From contig JBHIYN010000005.1 in assembly GCA_041984235.1 (NCBI GenBank), positions 264,941-328,940 of the forward strand: DNA of 64,000 nucleotides. Reading direction: 5' to 3'. The notes beneath the pieces are model-generated. The model was not told where the DNA came from. It saw only the letters and a list, made by a program, of their open reading frames with translations, and searched no databases. The DNA comes from Gammaproteobacteria bacterium. Lineage in GTDB: Bacteria; Pseudomonadota; Gammaproteobacteria; Ga0077536. This document shows positions 35,345 to 45,348 of the stretch, one piece after another (the first letter of the stretch is position 1; every line of letters starts with the position of its first letter). The position numbers were made by a program, and so were the translations under genes.

Positions 35345-37342
35345 TTGCAACACCTCAATCCGCGCCAACGCGAAGCCGTTCGCTACAACGATGGCCCGTT
35401 GCTGGTGCTGGCCGGGGCCGGCAGCGGCAAGACCGGCGTCATCGCGCACAAGATTGCCTACCTGATCGACCGTTGCGAGGTCGCCCCCGAACGCATTGCC
35501 GCGATCACGTTTACCAACAAGGCCGCTCGCGAGATGCGCGAACGGGTGCGCGGCCTGATTGGCAAGCGCAAGTCCGGTCCCTGGATCTCGACCTTTCACA
35601 CGCTCGGTCTGCGCATCCTCCGCGCCGAGTACGAGGCCCTCGGTTACCGCCCCGGGTTCTCCATTTTCGACGCCGGCGACTGCGCCGGCGTGCTCGCCGA
35701 TCTCATGCGACGCGACAGCCCGGGCACGGACATCGCCGTCAACCAGGTGCAGCAGGCCATCTCCGCGTTCAAGTACGCGCTGACGCCGCCCGACGCGGTA
35801 CCGACCGACGCGCTGACCCCCGCCGCGGCCCTCGCGGCACGCTGTTACCGGAGCTATTGCGAAACGCTGACGACCTACAACGCGGTCGACTTCGACGATC
35901 TCATCATCGGCCCGGTGCGCCTGCTGCGTGACGACCCGGAAACGCTGCAGCGCTGGCGCGAACGCATCGACTACCTGCTGGTCGATGAATACCAGGACAC
36001 CAATACCTCGCAGTACGAGCTGGTACGCCTGCTTGCCGGCCACCACCGCCGCCTCACCGCGGTCGGCGACGACGACCAGTCGATCTATGCCTGGCGCGGC
36101 GCGCGTCCCGAGAATCTCGCCCAGCTCGCCGACGACTTCGAGGATCTCAAGGTCATCAAGCTGGAGCAGAACTACCGTTCCAGCGGCATCATCCTCAAGG
36201 CCGCCAATGCCCTGATCGCCAACAATCCGCACGTCTACGAGAAGAAGCTGTGGTCCGAACACGGCTTCGGCGACAAGGTGCGGGTCTTCTCGACCGCCAG
36301 CGAGCACGACGAGACCGAACGCATCGCCAACGACATCCTGCACCGGCGCCTGATGCACGGCACCGGTTTCGCCGACTTTGCCGTCCTGCTACGGTCCAAT
36401 TTCCAGGCTCGCCTGTTCGAACGGGCTTTTCGCGAGCGCGAGATCCCCTACGTGTTGTCGGGGGGCCGTTCGTTCTTCGATTACACGGAGATCAAGGACT
36501 GCGTGTGCTACCTGCGCCTGCTCGCCAACCCGGACGACAACAACGCCCTGCTGCGCATCATCAACACGCCGCGGCGGGCGATCGGCACGCAGAGCGTGAA
36601 GACCCTGGTCGACACCGCCGCGGTGACCGGTGAGCCGCTGCTCGCGACGGCCGGCTCGGCGGCCTTTCGTGAACGCGTCTCGGCGCAGGTCGCGCGCCGC
36701 GTCGGCGAGTTCGCCGACTGGATGGAGGGGTTCCGGCGCGAGTACGCGGAGGCGCCGCCCGGCGCCGCCTTCTCCCGCCTGCTCGCCGACATCGGCTATC
36801 ACGACTGGCTCGAGCAGACCGCCGAGAACGAGCAGCAGGCCGAGCGGCGCAAGGACAACGTTGCCGAGCTCGAGCGCTGGATTGCGCGCATCCACGCTGC
36901 CGACGAGTCACGCACCGCGGCCGACGTCGTCGCCGCGCTGACGCTGTTCGACATCGCCGAACGGCAGGACAGCGAGGACGGACCGGACGGTGTCGCGTTG
37001 ACCACGCTGCACGCGGCCAAGGGCCTGGAGTATCCGCACGTCTACCTGGCCGGCTTCGAGGAGAACCTCTTGCCGCATCGCTCCAGCATCGAGCAGGACA
37101 CGGTCGAGGAGGAACGCCGGCTGGCCTACGTCGGTATCACCCGCGCCAAGCGCAGCCTGACCCTGACCTTCAGCCGCACGCGCCGCCGCTTCGGCGAGAA
37201 CCTGACCTGCGAACCCAGCCGCTTCCTCGCCGAGCTGCCCGCCGACGAGCTCGCCTGGGACGGTGTGCAGAGCGATCCCGAAGAGAACCGCGCCGCCGGT
37301 CGCGGCACCCTGGACAACCTGAGACGGATGCTCGAATCATGA
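35345..37342 (+). CDS. rep: ATP-dependent DNA helicase Rep
   Basis: TTG start. LNPRQREAV...LLVLAGAGSGKTGVIAHKIAYLI...ITFTNKAAREMRERV. 665 aa, which is Rep-like length. Confidence 0.9.
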   Translation: MQHLNPRQREAVRYNDGPLLVLAGAGSGKTGVIAHKIAYLIDRCEVAPERIAAITFTNKAAREMRERVRGLIGKRKSGPWISTFHTLGLRILRAEYEALGYRPGFSIFDAGDCAGVLADLMRRDSPGTDIAVNQVQQAISAFKYALTPPDAVPTDALTPAAALAARCYRSYCETLTTYNAVDFDDLIIGPVRLLRDDPETLQRWRERIDYLLVDEYQDTNTSQYELVRLLAGHHRRLTAVGDDDQSIYAWRGARPENLAQLADDFEDLKVIKLEQNYRSSGIILKAANALIANNPHVYEKKLWSEHGFGDKVRVFSTASEHDETERIANDILHRRLMHGTGFADFAVLLRSNFQARLFERAFREREIPYVLSGGRSFFDYTEIKDCVCYLRLLANPDDNNALLRIINTPRRAIGTQSVKTLVDTAAVTGEPLLATAGSAAFRERVSAQVARRVGEFADWMEGFRREYAEAPPGAAFSRLLADIGYHDWLEQTAENEQQAERRKDNVAELERWIARIHAADESRTAADVVAALTLFDIAERQDSEDGPDGVALTTLHAAKGLEYPHVYLAGFEENLLPHRSSIEQDTVEEERRLAYVGITRAKRSLTLTFSRTRRRFGENLTCEPSRFLAELPADELAWDGVQSDPEENRAAGRGTLDNLRRMLES

Positions 37343-38571
37343 CCTTTCCCTCCATGCCCCGCATCGCGGCCGCCGTCGCCGGCGCCCTGCTCTCCGGCGG
37401 CATCGCCGCGGCACCGGCTCACGAGACGCCCGACAGCGTTGCCACGGCGGACATCGTGCCGCAGCGCTTCGTGCGTTCGGCACATTTCGAGCTCGCGCCC
37501 GCGGCACGCGCGCGGGACAACTTCTACCGCTTCACCGTCGCCACCGACGAGCTCACCTACGAGGTGACCTCGCTGGCCATGTTGCGCGTGCGGCTGCACG
37601 AGATCGCGACGATTGCCGAAGTCACGCCGCGGCTCGGCAAGTCGAACATCACGCTCGACCGCTCGCCCGGCGGGCGCCGCGGGGTCGGCTCCGATCGCGT
37701 GGTCGACATCCTGGCCGACCCGGTCGGTACGGCCTCGCAGCTGCTCGGCAACATCCAGTACAACGTCGAACAGACCTTCGGTGAGCGCGACCAGGCCGAC
37801 ACGCAGACGCCGGCAGCGCAGGCGGGCCGTGACCTCAACCCGGGACCGCACAAGCGCAGCGCGGCGGCGCAGCTCGGGGTCGACGTCTACAGCACCAATC
37901 CGGCGCTGCAGCGCCTGCTCGGCGCGGTCGCCGACGCGCGCAGCGCGGGCAAGACCGCGTCCTCGTTCTCGCCACTGGTGCGCAACGTCTACGCGGCGGA
38001 CCCCTTCGGCAGCGGCGCGCTCGACGCGCGCCTCGACTCCGAGGTCAAGAACCTGCCGGCCGAGGAGCTGCACGCGCGCGTCGATGCCGCCCTCGCGCGG
38101 CTCGGCATCGCGCCCGCCCTGCGCATCGCGTTGCTCACCCATCCGGCCTACTCGCCGCGCACCCGGCTGACGCTCACCGCCTATCTGGACATCCTGCAGG
38201 ACGTCGCTGGCCTGGCACGCATCGTCGCCGCCGCAGGCACGGCCGAAACCGAGGCCGACGCCCTCGCCTACGTCGGTTATGCGCGCATGCTGGCGTTCAA
38301 CCAGCTCAACGGCGGCGGCCTGGTCGAAGTGGTGACCGAGACGCGCTTCCCGACCCTGGCCACCGCCGGCGGCGACGCGGTGCTCGCCCTGCCGCTCGAC
38401 TACCTGGCGTGGACGCCGGCGGTGGAAGCCGCCGCGGACAGCCTCGACGCCCTGCGCGAGGAGCGCGGACTGGCGACGTTCGCGGTACTGCTCGCCGGCG
38501 CGCCGACCGAGCGCGCCGCGGCAGCGCTGGCCGAGCGCGGCGTCGAGGTCCGGCCCCACTACTCGTTCTGA
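37339..38571 (+). CDS. Secreted hypothetical protein (410 aa)
   Basis: ATGA overlap with the rep stop. Signal peptide ...ALLSGGIAAAPA. No family recognised. Confidence 0.7.
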   Translation: MTFPSMPRIAAAVAGALLSGGIAAAPAHETPDSVATADIVPQRFVRSAHFELAPAARARDNFYRFTVATDELTYEVTSLAMLRVRLHEIATIAEVTPRLGKSNITLDRSPGGRRGVGSDRVVDILADPVGTASQLLGNIQYNVEQTFGERDQADTQTPAAQAGRDLNPGPHKRSAAAQLGVDVYSTNPALQRLLGAVADARSAGKTASSFSPLVRNVYAADPFGSGALDARLDSEVKNLPAEELHARVDAALARLGIAPALRIALLTHPAYSPRTRLTLTAYLDILQDVAGLARIVAAAGTAETEADALAYVGYARMLAFNQLNGGGLVEVVTETRFPTLATAGGDAVLALPLDYLAWTPAVEAAADSLDALREERGLATFAVLLAGAPTERAAAALAERGVEVRPHYSF

Positions 38572-38719
38572 GTGAGCCCTGAGCGTCACCTGCAGGCGAC
38601 AGCGAACGCCGCGCGTCACCCCGGACGCGCCCCACGGGCATTGCCGCACAGCCGCCGGCCAAGCCGTAAGCCAAGCTAAAACAGGCGGTTACGTTTTTTT
38701 CGGCGATCGGGCGCGGGGC

Positions 38720-38735
38720 TGGCATGGAAGCTGCT
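38720..38735 (+). promoter_or_regulatory. sigma54-type promoter (-24/-12)
   Basis: TGGCATG-GAAG-CTGCT versus TGGCACG-N4-TTGCW, with two mismatches and the GG/GC spacing correct. AAGGAG and ATG 38763 follow within ~30 nt. Confidence 0.45.
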
Positions 38736-38762
38736 ACGTCCCCGGGCATGAAGGAGACGCAC

Positions 38763-39050
38763 ATGCCTCATACGACCCTGCAGACTCTCACTGCCGACCC
38801 GGCTCCGCGCCAGGCGCTGGGCGCGCTCGTCGCCGCCTACGACGCCGAACTCAGCGCGCGCCGCTCGCACCTGCTCGACGACCTGGCCATCTATCGCGAC
38901 AAGCTGCGCGACCTGGAACGGCTGGACCCGCTCGACTTCACCGGGCTGCAGGAGCTCTACCGCGCCCACGCGCGTCACATCGAGCAACTCCTCACCGAAT
39001 TCGACGGCACCGGACACCACCCTTCTTCGGCGTCGTCGTCTACGCCATAG
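38763..39050 (+). CDS. Small hypothetical protein (95 aa)
   Basis: ATG 38763 preceded by AAGGAG; the track ORF begins at 38724. Helical, with a Ser-rich tail. No family recognised. Confidence 0.5.
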   Translation: MPHTTLQTLTADPAPRQALGALVAAYDAELSARRSHLLDDLAIYRDKLRDLERLDPLDFTGLQELYRAHARHIEQLLTEFDGTGHHPSSASSSTP

Positions 39051-39072
39051 TTCCCTTCTCTACGTGGCTAGT

Positions 39073-39098
39073 GCCCGCTCTTCGGAGCGGGCTTTTTT
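39073..39098 (+). terminator. Rho-independent terminator
   Basis: gcccgctc/ttcg/gagcgggc followed by a T6 run. Confidence 0.8.
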
Positions 39099-39193
39099 AT
39101 GCGTGCCCGGCGGCCGCCACACGGCACGCACGCCCTATCGACAGCCTGCAGCAGGCGGTGTAGGGTCTGCGCGCTCCGGCACCGGCGCACAGC

Positions 39194-40861
39194 GTGGAAA
39201 AAATCTGGCTCAAGTCCTATCCGGACACGGTTCCGCATACCGTCGACCCGTCGCAGCACGCCTCGCTGGTCGCCCTGGTCGACCTCGCCTGCCGCGAGTT
39301 CGCGGAACGCCCGGCGTTCGCCAACTTCGGCGTGAGCATGAGCTTCGCCGAGCTCGATCGCGCCGCGGAGGGGTTCGCTGCCTACCTGCAGAGCTTCGCC
39401 GGGGTCGAACCCGGTGCGCGCGTGGCACTGATGATGCCGAACATGCTCGCCTATCCGGTGGCCCTGATCGGCGTCCTGCGCGCCGGCGGTGTCGTCGTCA
39501 ACACCAACCCCCAGTACACCGCCCGCGAGCTCGCCACCCAGCTCGCCGATTCCGGTGCGCACGTACTGGTCGTGTTCGAGAACGCGCTCGACACCGTCGC
39601 CGGGATCATCGAGGACTTCCCCGACCTGCGCATCGTGGTAACCCGCATCGGCGACTTCATGCCCTGGGCGAAGGGCATGCTCATCAACCGCATGGCGCGG
39701 CGCCGGGCAGAGCGCAAGGTACCGGCGCTGCCGGCCAGCGTGCCGATGATCGAAGCGGTCGAGCGCGGACTTGCCGCACGGCTGACACGGCCCGCGCTCG
39801 GCGGCGACGACCTCGCCTTCCTCCAGTACACCGGTGGCACCACTGGCCGCGCCAAGGGTGCGATGCTCACACACCGGAACATCGTCGCCAACATCCTGCA
39901 GGTGAATGCCTGGTTCGGACCGCACACCGCTCGCGGCGAGGAGATCATCATCACGGCGCTGCCGCTCTACCATATCTATGCGTTGACGGCGAACTGCTTC
40001 GCCTTCCTCAGCCAGGGCGGACTCAATTACCTGATCACCGATCCGCGCAATCTCAAGACATTCATCAAGGAGATGAAGCGGGTACGCTTCACCAGCATCA
40101 CCGGGGTCAACACGCTGTTCAATGCCCTGCTGCAGCATCCCGACTTCGCTGGCATCGACTTCTCCGCGCTGAAGTTCTCCAGCGGCGGCGGCATGGCAGT
40201 GCAGCGGGCGGTGGCCGAGCAGTGGCAGGCGCTGACCGGCAACGTGCTCGCCGAAGGTTACGGCCTGACCGAGTCCTCGCCGGTGGTGACGGTCAACCGC
40301 TTCGACGTCGACACCTTCACCGGCTGCATCGGCCTGCCGGTGCCGTCGACCGAGATCCGCCTGCTCGACGAACACGGCCGTCCCCTGGGCATCGACGAGC
40401 CGGGTGAGCTGTGCGTGCGCGGCCCGCAGGTCATGCAGGGCTACTGGAACAACGCCGAGGAAACCGCGCGCGTGCTCGATGACGAGGGCTGGCTGCGCAC
40501 CGGGGATATCGCGGTGATGCGCGACGACGGCTACCTGCGCATCGTCGATCGCAAGAAGGATCTGATCATCGTCTCCGGCTTCAACGTCTATCCCAACGAG
40601 ATCGAGGACGTCGCCGTTGCGCATCCGGGTGTCAGCGAGGCCGCGGCGATCGGCGTGGACGACGAGAAATCGGGTGAAGCGGTGCGGCTGGTGGTGGTGC
40701 GCGCGGACGACGACCTCACCCGCGACGACCTCCTCACCTGGTGCCGCGAGCGCCTGACGGGTTACAAGGTGCCGCGCTCGGTGGTCTTCGTCGACGCCCT
40801 GCCGAAATCGACCATCGGCAAGATCCTGCGCCGGGAAGTCAGGGAACGCTACGGCGACTGA
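39194..40861 (+). CDS. fadD: Long-chain-fatty-acid--CoA ligase
   Basis: GTG start. MEKIWLKSYPDTVP..., AMP-binding motif YTGGTTGRAKGA and C-terminal GKILRRE. Confidence 0.9.
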   Translation: MEKIWLKSYPDTVPHTVDPSQHASLVALVDLACREFAERPAFANFGVSMSFAELDRAAEGFAAYLQSFAGVEPGARVALMMPNMLAYPVALIGVLRAGGVVVNTNPQYTARELATQLADSGAHVLVVFENALDTVAGIIEDFPDLRIVVTRIGDFMPWAKGMLINRMARRRAERKVPALPASVPMIEAVERGLAARLTRPALGGDDLAFLQYTGGTTGRAKGAMLTHRNIVANILQVNAWFGPHTARGEEIIITALPLYHIYALTANCFAFLSQGGLNYLITDPRNLKTFIKEMKRVRFTSITGVNTLFNALLQHPDFAGIDFSALKFSSGGGMAVQRAVAEQWQALTGNVLAEGYGLTESSPVVTVNRFDVDTFTGCIGLPVPSTEIRLLDEHGRPLGIDEPGELCVRGPQVMQGYWNNAEETARVLDDEGWLRTGDIAVMRDDGYLRIVDRKKDLIIVSGFNVYPNEIEDVAVAHPGVSEAAAIGVDDEKSGEAVRLVVVRADDDLTRDDLLTWCRERLTGYKVPRSVVFVDALPKSTIGKILRREVRERYGD

Positions 40862-41616
40862 GACCGGCGCGGTCGCGGCCAGCGCTCGGCACGGACGACG
40901 AAATGCTCGCTGAGCGGCGTGTAAGGCTCGCCGCGAAAGCCGCCTTCCAGCGCGACCATGACTAGGCGTGCCCGCGCGAGCAGTTGCGGCAGGGTCTCGA
41001 CCGTCAGCCAGCGCTGGCGGATGGTCGCGCTGACCGGCGCGCCGCCGTCGTCGGGGACGTGCTCGTAGCTGGCATCGATGCGACAGCGCGCAGGCCACAG
41101 GCGGGAACGCTCGTAGACCGTCCAGTGGCGCCCGTCGGCATCGATGGCGGCAATCTCCTCGGGCTCGGTCTCGTAGGGTCCCTCGAGGTCGAAGTCGCCG
41201 AGCGCGGCGACGTAGCCGTCGAACACGATCTGTCCGCCGGGCGCGAGATGGCGGCGCGCGCAGTCGAGGCAGGCGACGACCTGGTCGTCGCTGAGCAGGC
41301 AGTAGAGCGTGTTGTAGGGGATGATGACGCGGTGGAAGCGCCGCCGCAGCGCGAAGCGCGTCATGTCGGCGCACACCGAGACCAGCCCGGCACGACTGGC
41401 GGCGGCAGCGGCCGACGGGCTAATCTCGACGCCGACGACATCGAAGCCGGCCGCCGCCAGCGCCAGGCCGACGCGGCCGGACCCGCTGCCGAGCTCGAGA
41501 ACCGTGCGCGCACCGGCGCAGGCCGCACGGTAAAACTCGACGTCACCCGGGTTGCCGTCGTGAAGTGCGGCATAGAGTGCGGCCGGGTAGTCGCCTTCGA
41601 CCGAATTCCCGCTCAC
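40849..41616 (-). CDS. Class I SAM-dependent methyltransferase
   Basis: Motif I VLELGSGSGRV. 255 aa. Its 3' end overlaps the fadD 3' end by 13 nt (convergent). Confidence 0.75.
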   Translation of the reverse strand: MSGNSVEGDYPAALYAALHDGNPGDVEFYRAACAGARTVLELGSGSGRVGLALAAAGFDVVGVEISPSAAAAASRAGLVSVCADMTRFALRRRFHRVIIPYNTLYCLLSDDQVVACLDCARRHLAPGGQIVFDGYVAALGDFDLEGPYETEPEEIAAIDADGRHWTVYERSRLWPARCRIDASYEHVPDDGGAPVSATIRQRWLTVETLPQLLARARLVMVALEGGFRGEPYTPLSEHFVVRAERWPRPRRSQSP

Positions 41617-41699
41617 GGCAACTGAGAGCGAATTCGCGCATGTCGGAGTCGCAATCCGTCTATACTTGCGCCGCCAGTCACGTCTAGGAGCTAACTCGA

Positions 41700-41993
41700 A
41701 TGAACAACAATCTCACCCGTTTCGCCACCGCGTTCGCGCTCGCCTTTTCCTTCGCGCTGCCCGCAGTCGCCGAGGAAGGCGTCGACCGTGCTGTCGAAGG
41801 CGCCAAGGACACGGTGACCTCGCCGGGCAAGATCGTCGAGGGTATCGATGAGGAGACCAAGGAGCACGGTGCCGTCGGTGTCGTTACCGGCAGCATCAAG
41901 GGTGGCGCCAATGCCGCCGGCAAGGCGGTCAAGGGCGCCGCGGACATCGGCGTCGGCGTGATCGAGGCGGTCACCGAGCCGCTGCGCGACTGA
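41700..41993 (+). CDS. Small secreted Gly/Ala/Val-rich protein
   Basis: Signal peptide ...FSFALPAVA|EEG. 97 aa. Confidence 0.6.
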   Translation: MNNNLTRFATAFALAFSFALPAVAEEGVDRAVEGAKDTVTSPGKIVEGIDEETKEHGAVGVVTGSIKGGANAAGKAVKGAADIGVGVIEAVTEPLRD

Positions 41994-42030
41994 CGCGCTG
42001 CACCGCCCGCCGCACCCGCGGCGGGCGGTG

Positions 42031-42909
42031 TCATCGACCGAGCAGCTCGGCGGCCAGCACGTCGAGCTCACCGCGCATGCCGTCGGCGTCGCGCGCGGTC
42101 AGCCACACCACCACCTGCTCGACCCCGACCTCCGCAAACGCCTCGACCTCGTCGCGCCGCCGCCACTGGCCCTCGCCGCCGAGCACGGTGATGCGGAAAC
42201 GGCGATCCGCGCAGCCCTCGGCCGCGGCAACCTCCTCGAGCTGGCGCATGCCGTCGACGACCTGCGCGACCGAGCGCACCACCGGCAGCCAGCCGTCGCC
42301 CCAGCGCACGATGCGCCGGAAGACACGCTCCGACCACGCCTCGCCGAACATGATGCTGGGCAGGTAGATGGGCGGATGCGGGCGCTGCAGCGGTTTTGGA
42401 TAGCAGCGCAGCGGCGCGAAATCGTAGTACTTGCCGTGGAACTCCGATTCCTGGTCGACCCAGCACGACTTCATCGCCGCGATGGCCTCGCGCACCTGGC
42501 TCCAGCGATGCGGAAAATCGCCGCCGAACAACTCGCACTCCTCCTTGTTCCAGCCGGCACCGATGCCGAAGTGGAAGCGTCCGCCGCTGAAGGCGTCGAG
42601 CGAGGCGATCTCCTTGGCCAGGTGCAGCGGGTGACGCTCCGGCACCAGCAATACCGCGGTACCGATCTCCAGCGTGGTGGTCGCGGTCGCCGCGCGCATC
42701 AGCGCAATCAGCGGATCCGGCATCTGCCACAGGTAATCCGGATCCGGTCCGCCGCCCGGGTTGCCCGGGTAGGGCGTGGAGTAGCTCACCGGCAGCACGA
42801 CGTGATCGGGAACCCAGTACGAGGCGAAGCCGAGTCCCTCGGCGTGCGCCGCGACGACGGCGGGATCGGCAGCGGCATCCGGCAGGATGGAGAACACACC
42901 AACTTTCAT
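42031..42909 (-). CDS. Luciferase-like monooxygenase (LLM) family oxidoreductase, F420-dependent-subgroup-like
   Basis: MKVGVFSILP...GFASYWVPDHVV...GGRFHFGIGAGW. The subgroup assignment is from recall only. Confidence 0.8.
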   Translation of the reverse strand: MKVGVFSILPDAAADPAVVAAHAEGLGFASYWVPDHVVLPVSYSTPYPGNPGGGPDPDYLWQMPDPLIALMRAATATTTLEIGTAVLLVPERHPLHLAKEIASLDAFSGGRFHFGIGAGWNKEECELFGGDFPHRWSQVREAIAAMKSCWVDQESEFHGKYYDFAPLRCYPKPLQRPHPPIYLPSIMFGEAWSERVFRRIVRWGDGWLPVVRSVAQVVDGMRQLEEVAAAEGCADRRFRITVLGGEGQWRRRDEVEAFAEVGVEQVVVWLTARDADGMRGELDVLAAELLGR

Positions 42910-42949
42910 CGCACGACCTCCCCGTAGTGCGTTGCGGCGGGCGCGCCGG

Positions 42950-44344
42950 CTACAGCGGCGCCCAGGTCACGATCACCCCGGTATAGGCGGTGACCCACAG
43001 AAACGGTATCACCAGGTAGCCCATCACGTCGCGCGCCTGGATGCGCACGCCGACGCCCATCACCGGCAGGATGGCAAGCAGGAAGAACGGTTGCAGCAGG
43101 TTGCTCGAGGTCTCGCCGTAAGCGACCGCCATCGCCGCGCGCGCGATGAACTCCTCCGCCTGCGCCGCCGGCAGCCCGGCGGCCAGCGCCTTCGCGCTCT
43201 CGGTAATCGAGGGTCCCAGCACCGCCCACTCGCCGCCGGCCGAGGGGATGGCCATGTTGACCAGCGCGCCGGAGAGCTGGGCGACGAAGGGAAACGTCGC
43301 CAGGGTCGCACTGCCCGCGAGCCAGGCGGCGGCCGCCTGCGCCAGCCCCGTGTACATCATGATGCCCATGATGCCGGCATAGAACGGGTACTGGAAAATG
43401 ATCCCGGAGACGTTGGCGCAGGCACGTTTCATGGCGATGACGTAGCGCATCGGCGTCACGTGCAGCAGCAGGCCGACGTTGACGAAGACGAAGATCATGA
43501 CGTTCAGGTTGAGATCGAAACCGCGCTCGGCGAACCATGCCGCCAGGTACCACAGCCCGGCGCCGGCAATCAGCCAAACCAGCACGCGGCTGCGGTTGAG
43601 CCGGTCGGAGAGCGCGCGGCCGTCGAGCTCCAGCCGGCGCGCCTCTTCGGCGATGCCGATGGTGTGGGTGGCATCGGCTTCGCGCAGGTCGTCGATGGTC
43701 GGCGGGTTCGGATCGCGCGGGCGCAGCAGGTAGAACAGGGCCGGCACCGTGAGGAAGAAGGCCGCGATCTGGAGCAGGTTCATGGTGCTGCCGAGGGTCA
43801 GCGATACCGGTACGGTGGCATCGAGAATGCCGGCCTCGATGAGAAAGTTGTTCTCGGTGTTCAGCACCAGCGGGATCGAGCTCGACAGGCCGCACACCCA
43901 CACGATACCGGCGCCGTAGGCGCACGCGGTGAGGTAGGCATAGTCGACCCCGCGCACGCGGCTCGCCAGCTCGCGCGCGAGCACCGCCGTCAGTACCGCC
44001 CAGCCCCAGCTCACCAGGCCGAACAGGCCGCCGACTACGCCGACGATGAAGTAGACGCTGCCGGGACCGCGCGCGAAGCGCGCGACGCGATCGATGAGCC
44101 GGCCGATCGCCGGCGATAGTGCGATGGCGAAGCCGGTCGTCAGCAGCAGCACCACCTGCATGCCGAATTCCAGCAGCAGCCAGAAGCCCTGGTACCAGGC
44201 ATCGACGATGGCCTTCGGCGAGGCCGGTGTGAACACCCCGGCCAGCAGTGCCACCAGCACGGTCAGAAGCAGGGCGAAGACGAACGAGTCGGGGATGAAG
44301 CGACGCAGGTAGCGTGCGAGCACGGCGCCCAGTTGTTGCAGCAC
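42950..44344 (-). CDS. Short-chain fatty acid transporter (AtoE family)
   Basis: Start set at GTG 44344 (VLQQLGAVLARYLRRFIPDSFVFALLLT, family-typical N-terminus). The track ORF to 44611 would overlap ttcA. Confidence 0.8.
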   Translation of the reverse strand: MLQQLGAVLARYLRRFIPDSFVFALLLTVLVALLAGVFTPASPKAIVDAWYQGFWLLLEFGMQVVLLLTTGFAIALSPAIGRLIDRVARFARGPGSVYFIVGVVGGLFGLVSWGWAVLTAVLARELASRVRGVDYAYLTACAYGAGIVWVCGLSSSIPLVLNTENNFLIEAGILDATVPVSLTLGSTMNLLQIAAFFLTVPALFYLLRPRDPNPPTIDDLREADATHTIGIAEEARRLELDGRALSDRLNRSRVLVWLIAGAGLWYLAAWFAERGFDLNLNVMIFVFVNVGLLLHVTPMRYVIAMKRACANVSGIIFQYPFYAGIMGIMMYTGLAQAAAAWLAGSATLATFPFVAQLSGALVNMAIPSAGGEWAVLGPSITESAKALAAGLPAAQAEEFIARAAMAVAYGETSSNLLQPFFLLAILPVMGVGVRIQARDVMGYLVIPFLWVTAYTGVIVTWAPL

Positions 44345-44382
44345 GATGAGGGGTTCCCGCGGTCCGTGGGGCAGCGGACAGT

Positions 44383-45249
44383 CTAGTCCGAATCCCCTCC
44401 CGGCAGCAGCCAGTCGCGGGCGCTCACCGGCTCTCCGGCGCCGAGTGCCGTGAAATCGAACAGGTTTGTATCCGCCAGGTGCGACGGCACGACCGCCTGC
44501 AGGCTGCGAAACACGTTCTCCACGCGCCCCGGCTGCTCGCGCTCCCACTGCGCCAGCATGGCCTTGATCTTGACCCGCTGGAGCTGATCCTGGCTGCCGC
44601 AGAGATTGCACGGAATGATGGGATAGTCCTGTGCCGCGGCGTAGCGCTCGATGTCCGCCTCGCGGCAGTAGGCGAGCGGCCGGATGACGACGTGGCGGCC
44701 GTCGTCACTCACCAGCTTGGGCGGCATCGCCTTCATCTTCGAGCCGAAGAACATGTTGAGGAACAGCGTTTCGACGATGTCGTCACGGTGATGGCCGAGC
44801 GCGATGCGGGTCATGCCATGCTCTTCGGCGAAGCGGTAGAGGATGCCGCGGCGCAGGCGCGAGCACAGGCCGCACAGGGTGTTGCCCTCGGGGATCACGC
44901 GCTTGACCACCGAGTAGGTGTCCTGCTCGATGATGTGCCAGGGGATACCGAGCGCGCGCAGGTAATCGGCCATGACGTCGGGCGGATAGCCTGGCTGCTT
45001 CTGGTCGAGATGCACGGCCACGATCTCGAAATCGACCGGCGCGCGCTCGCGCAGGCGCAGCAGCAGGTCGAGCAGGGTGTAGGAATCCTTGCCGCCGGAG
45101 AGGCACACCATGACGCGGTCGCCGGCGCCGATCATGCCGAAATCGCCGATCGCGCGCCCGGCCTGGCGGCGCAGGCGCTGCTGCAGCTTGCCGCGCTCGT
45201 GACGCGCCTTGCGCGGATCACGAAACACGACGGGAGAGGGCGCACTCAC
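44383..45249 (-). CDS. ttcA: tRNA 2-thiocytidine(32) synthetase
   Basis: [40 protein letters not shown] (PP-loop), with CxxC motifs downstream. Confidence 0.9.
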   Translation of the reverse strand: MSAPSPVVFRDPRKARHERGKLQQRLRRQAGRAIGDFGMIGAGDRVMVCLSGGKDSYTLLDLLLRLRERAPVDFEIVAVHLDQKQPGYPPDVMADYLRALGIPWHIIEQDTYSVVKRVIPEGNTLCGLCSRLRRGILYRFAEEHGMTRIALGHHRDDIVETLFLNMFFGSKMKAMPPKLVSDDGRHVVIRPLAYCREADIERYAAAQDYPIIPCNLCGSQDQLQRVKIKAMLAQWEREQPGRVENVFRSLQAVVPSHLADTNLFDFTALGAGEPVSARDWLLPGGDSD

Positions 45250-45348
45250 GGGCGGGAGACTCCGGATGGCGGACAGGAGACCGGCATTCTAGGTCCGCCG
45301 CCGAAATTATTCATGACGGGGCCGGCTTACCCCCGCCCCGTCATGTTC

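Noticed and set aside
39068-41374. 768-aa - strand ORF
   Set aside because: It is antisense to fadD and runs through the methyltransferase gene in another frame. It has shadow composition.
44345-44611. N-terminal extension of the AtoE-like ORF
   Set aside because: It would overlap ttcA by over 200 nt on the same strand and encodes R/G/A-rich sequence. The family-typical N-terminus begins at GTG 44344.
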